A DNA stretch of 64,000 nt, taken from positions 32,001-96,000 of IMG/VR virus record IMGVR_UViG_3300035676_000002. One strand, 5' to 3'. Positions 63,230-64,000 of the stretch are shown piece after piece. The notes beneath the pieces were generated by a model. That model made no database searches. It was not told where the DNA came from and saw nothing but the letters and a program-made list of their open reading frames with translations. The translations under genes and the position numbers were made by a program. Each line of letters begins with the position of its first letter. Within the stretch, counting starts at the first letter, position 1. The DNA is from a virus.

Positions 63230-64000
63230 ATGATTAACGAAAATCAGCACTTGTATGCGATTAACGACGCTGCGAACTCTTTCTTTTCGCAGAAAATGAG
63301 AACCTACGCCGCAAATAATGCCAATCGGTATCTCTACAATCGCGGAATTAATAAGTGGAGCATCCAGCAGTTTTCAATTGGCTATTGTCCCTCGACGCAG
63401 GAATTCATAGACCATATGGATCGTTCTGGATATTCCATAGATGCGTGCAAGAACCTAGGATTGGTAATTGCATCGACTCGCCCCGGCTCGAAACCGGGGG
63501 ATGTTTTTTGTCCATTTGAGGAACGTATTGTATTCCCCGTGCATAATTATTGGGGAAATGTCTGCGGATTCAGCGGTCGCATACTTGACGAATCGGAGAA
63601 AAAGCATAAGTATATTAATTCTAGTAAGAGTCCGATTTACCATAAGGAAGAAATTCTCTATGGGTTCTTCCAAGCAAAGGCATCAATCACTTATAACAAG
63701 CGTGCAATTGTCGTGGAAGGCTATATGGATGTTATTCCAATGCATCAAATTGGATTTACTGAAACGGTCGCTTGCTGCGGTGTCGGGATTTCTGAGTATC
63801 ATATCCATTTGTTTAAAATGATGGGAGTAAAAGTGATTGCTATGCTCGACGGCGATAAGGCCGGAGAGGCAGGAGCTACGCGATTTAAGGCGCTTGCTGA
63901 ATCTGCGCGACTCGATTATCAGATTGCATTTATCGGAAAGGGCGTCGATCCCGGCGAGATTGCTATTCAGCATGGGAAAAATCCTATTAATCAAGCAATT
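63230..64000 (+). CDS. dnaG: DnaG-type primase catalytic core/TOPRIM without an N-terminal zinc-binding domain (runs off the window; missing from the ORF track)
   Basis: My translation: YLYNRGI...FSIGYCP...FEERIVFPVHNYWGNVCGFSGRIL...KYINS...LYG...IVVEGYMDV...LDGDKAG...DP. Confidence 0.9.
   Translation, partial: MINENQHLYAINDAANSFFSQKMRTYAANNANRYLYNRGINKWSIQQFSIGYCPSTQEFIDHMDRSGYSIDACKNLGLVIASTRPGSKPGDVFCPFEERIVFPVHNYWGNVCGFSGRILDESEKKHKYINSSKSPIYHKEEILYGFFQAKASITYNKRAIVVEGYMDVIPMHQIGFTETVACCGVGISEYHIHLFKMMGVKVIAMLDGDKAGEAGATRFKALAESARLDYQIAFIGKGVDPGEIAIQHGKNPINQAI

Noticed and set aside
63455-63994. Listed ORFs 63455..63673, 63468..63821 and 63683..63994
   Set aside because: They overlap the unlisted DnaG core frame, which has all the expected motifs.
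1-64000. Alternative genetic code or stop-codon reassignment
   Set aside because: Core genes are full-length in code 11, and TAA, TAG and TGA all end tightly coupled genes. No suppressor tRNA was seen.

Overview
This window is most of the genome of a tailed dsDNA bacteriophage (Caudoviricetes) with an HK97-type head and a probably non-contractile (siphovirus-like) tail. No integrase or repressor is visible. The left 14 kb carries an RlpA-like lytic transglycosylase (5'-truncated), a GT4-like glycosyltransferase, a metallophosphoesterase, a deaminase, ThyX, a stand-alone CHC2 zinc-finger protein, a tRNA-Tyr/Asn/His cluster with a D-armless tRNA-like element, two DnaA boxes, a degenerate Prim-Pol-wHTH protein, and an SSB/SbcD/SbcC recombination operon. 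From 13.7 to 62.6 kb a leftward late region runs terminase, portal, protease, capsid, neck, two paralogous tail-tube genes, a -1 frameshifted tail chaperone, tape measure, tail tip, a large accessory block, then lysis genes. The right end has a DnaG catalytic core with no zinc-binding domain. The most unusual feature is a set of about 11 proteins (about 23 kb) that begin with Sec-type signal peptides. Several contain phage fibre/spike-type domains, and most are built from reusable, often Cys-rich modules joined by Pro/Thr linkers. This points to an exported, domain-shuffling adhesin or virion-decoration system. Other highlights are a primase apparently split across genes about 57 kb apart, an exact 21-bp inverted repeat linking the two main regulatory regions, and a tRNA-His with no encoded G-1. 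Family assignments come from motif recognition only; no database searches were run.
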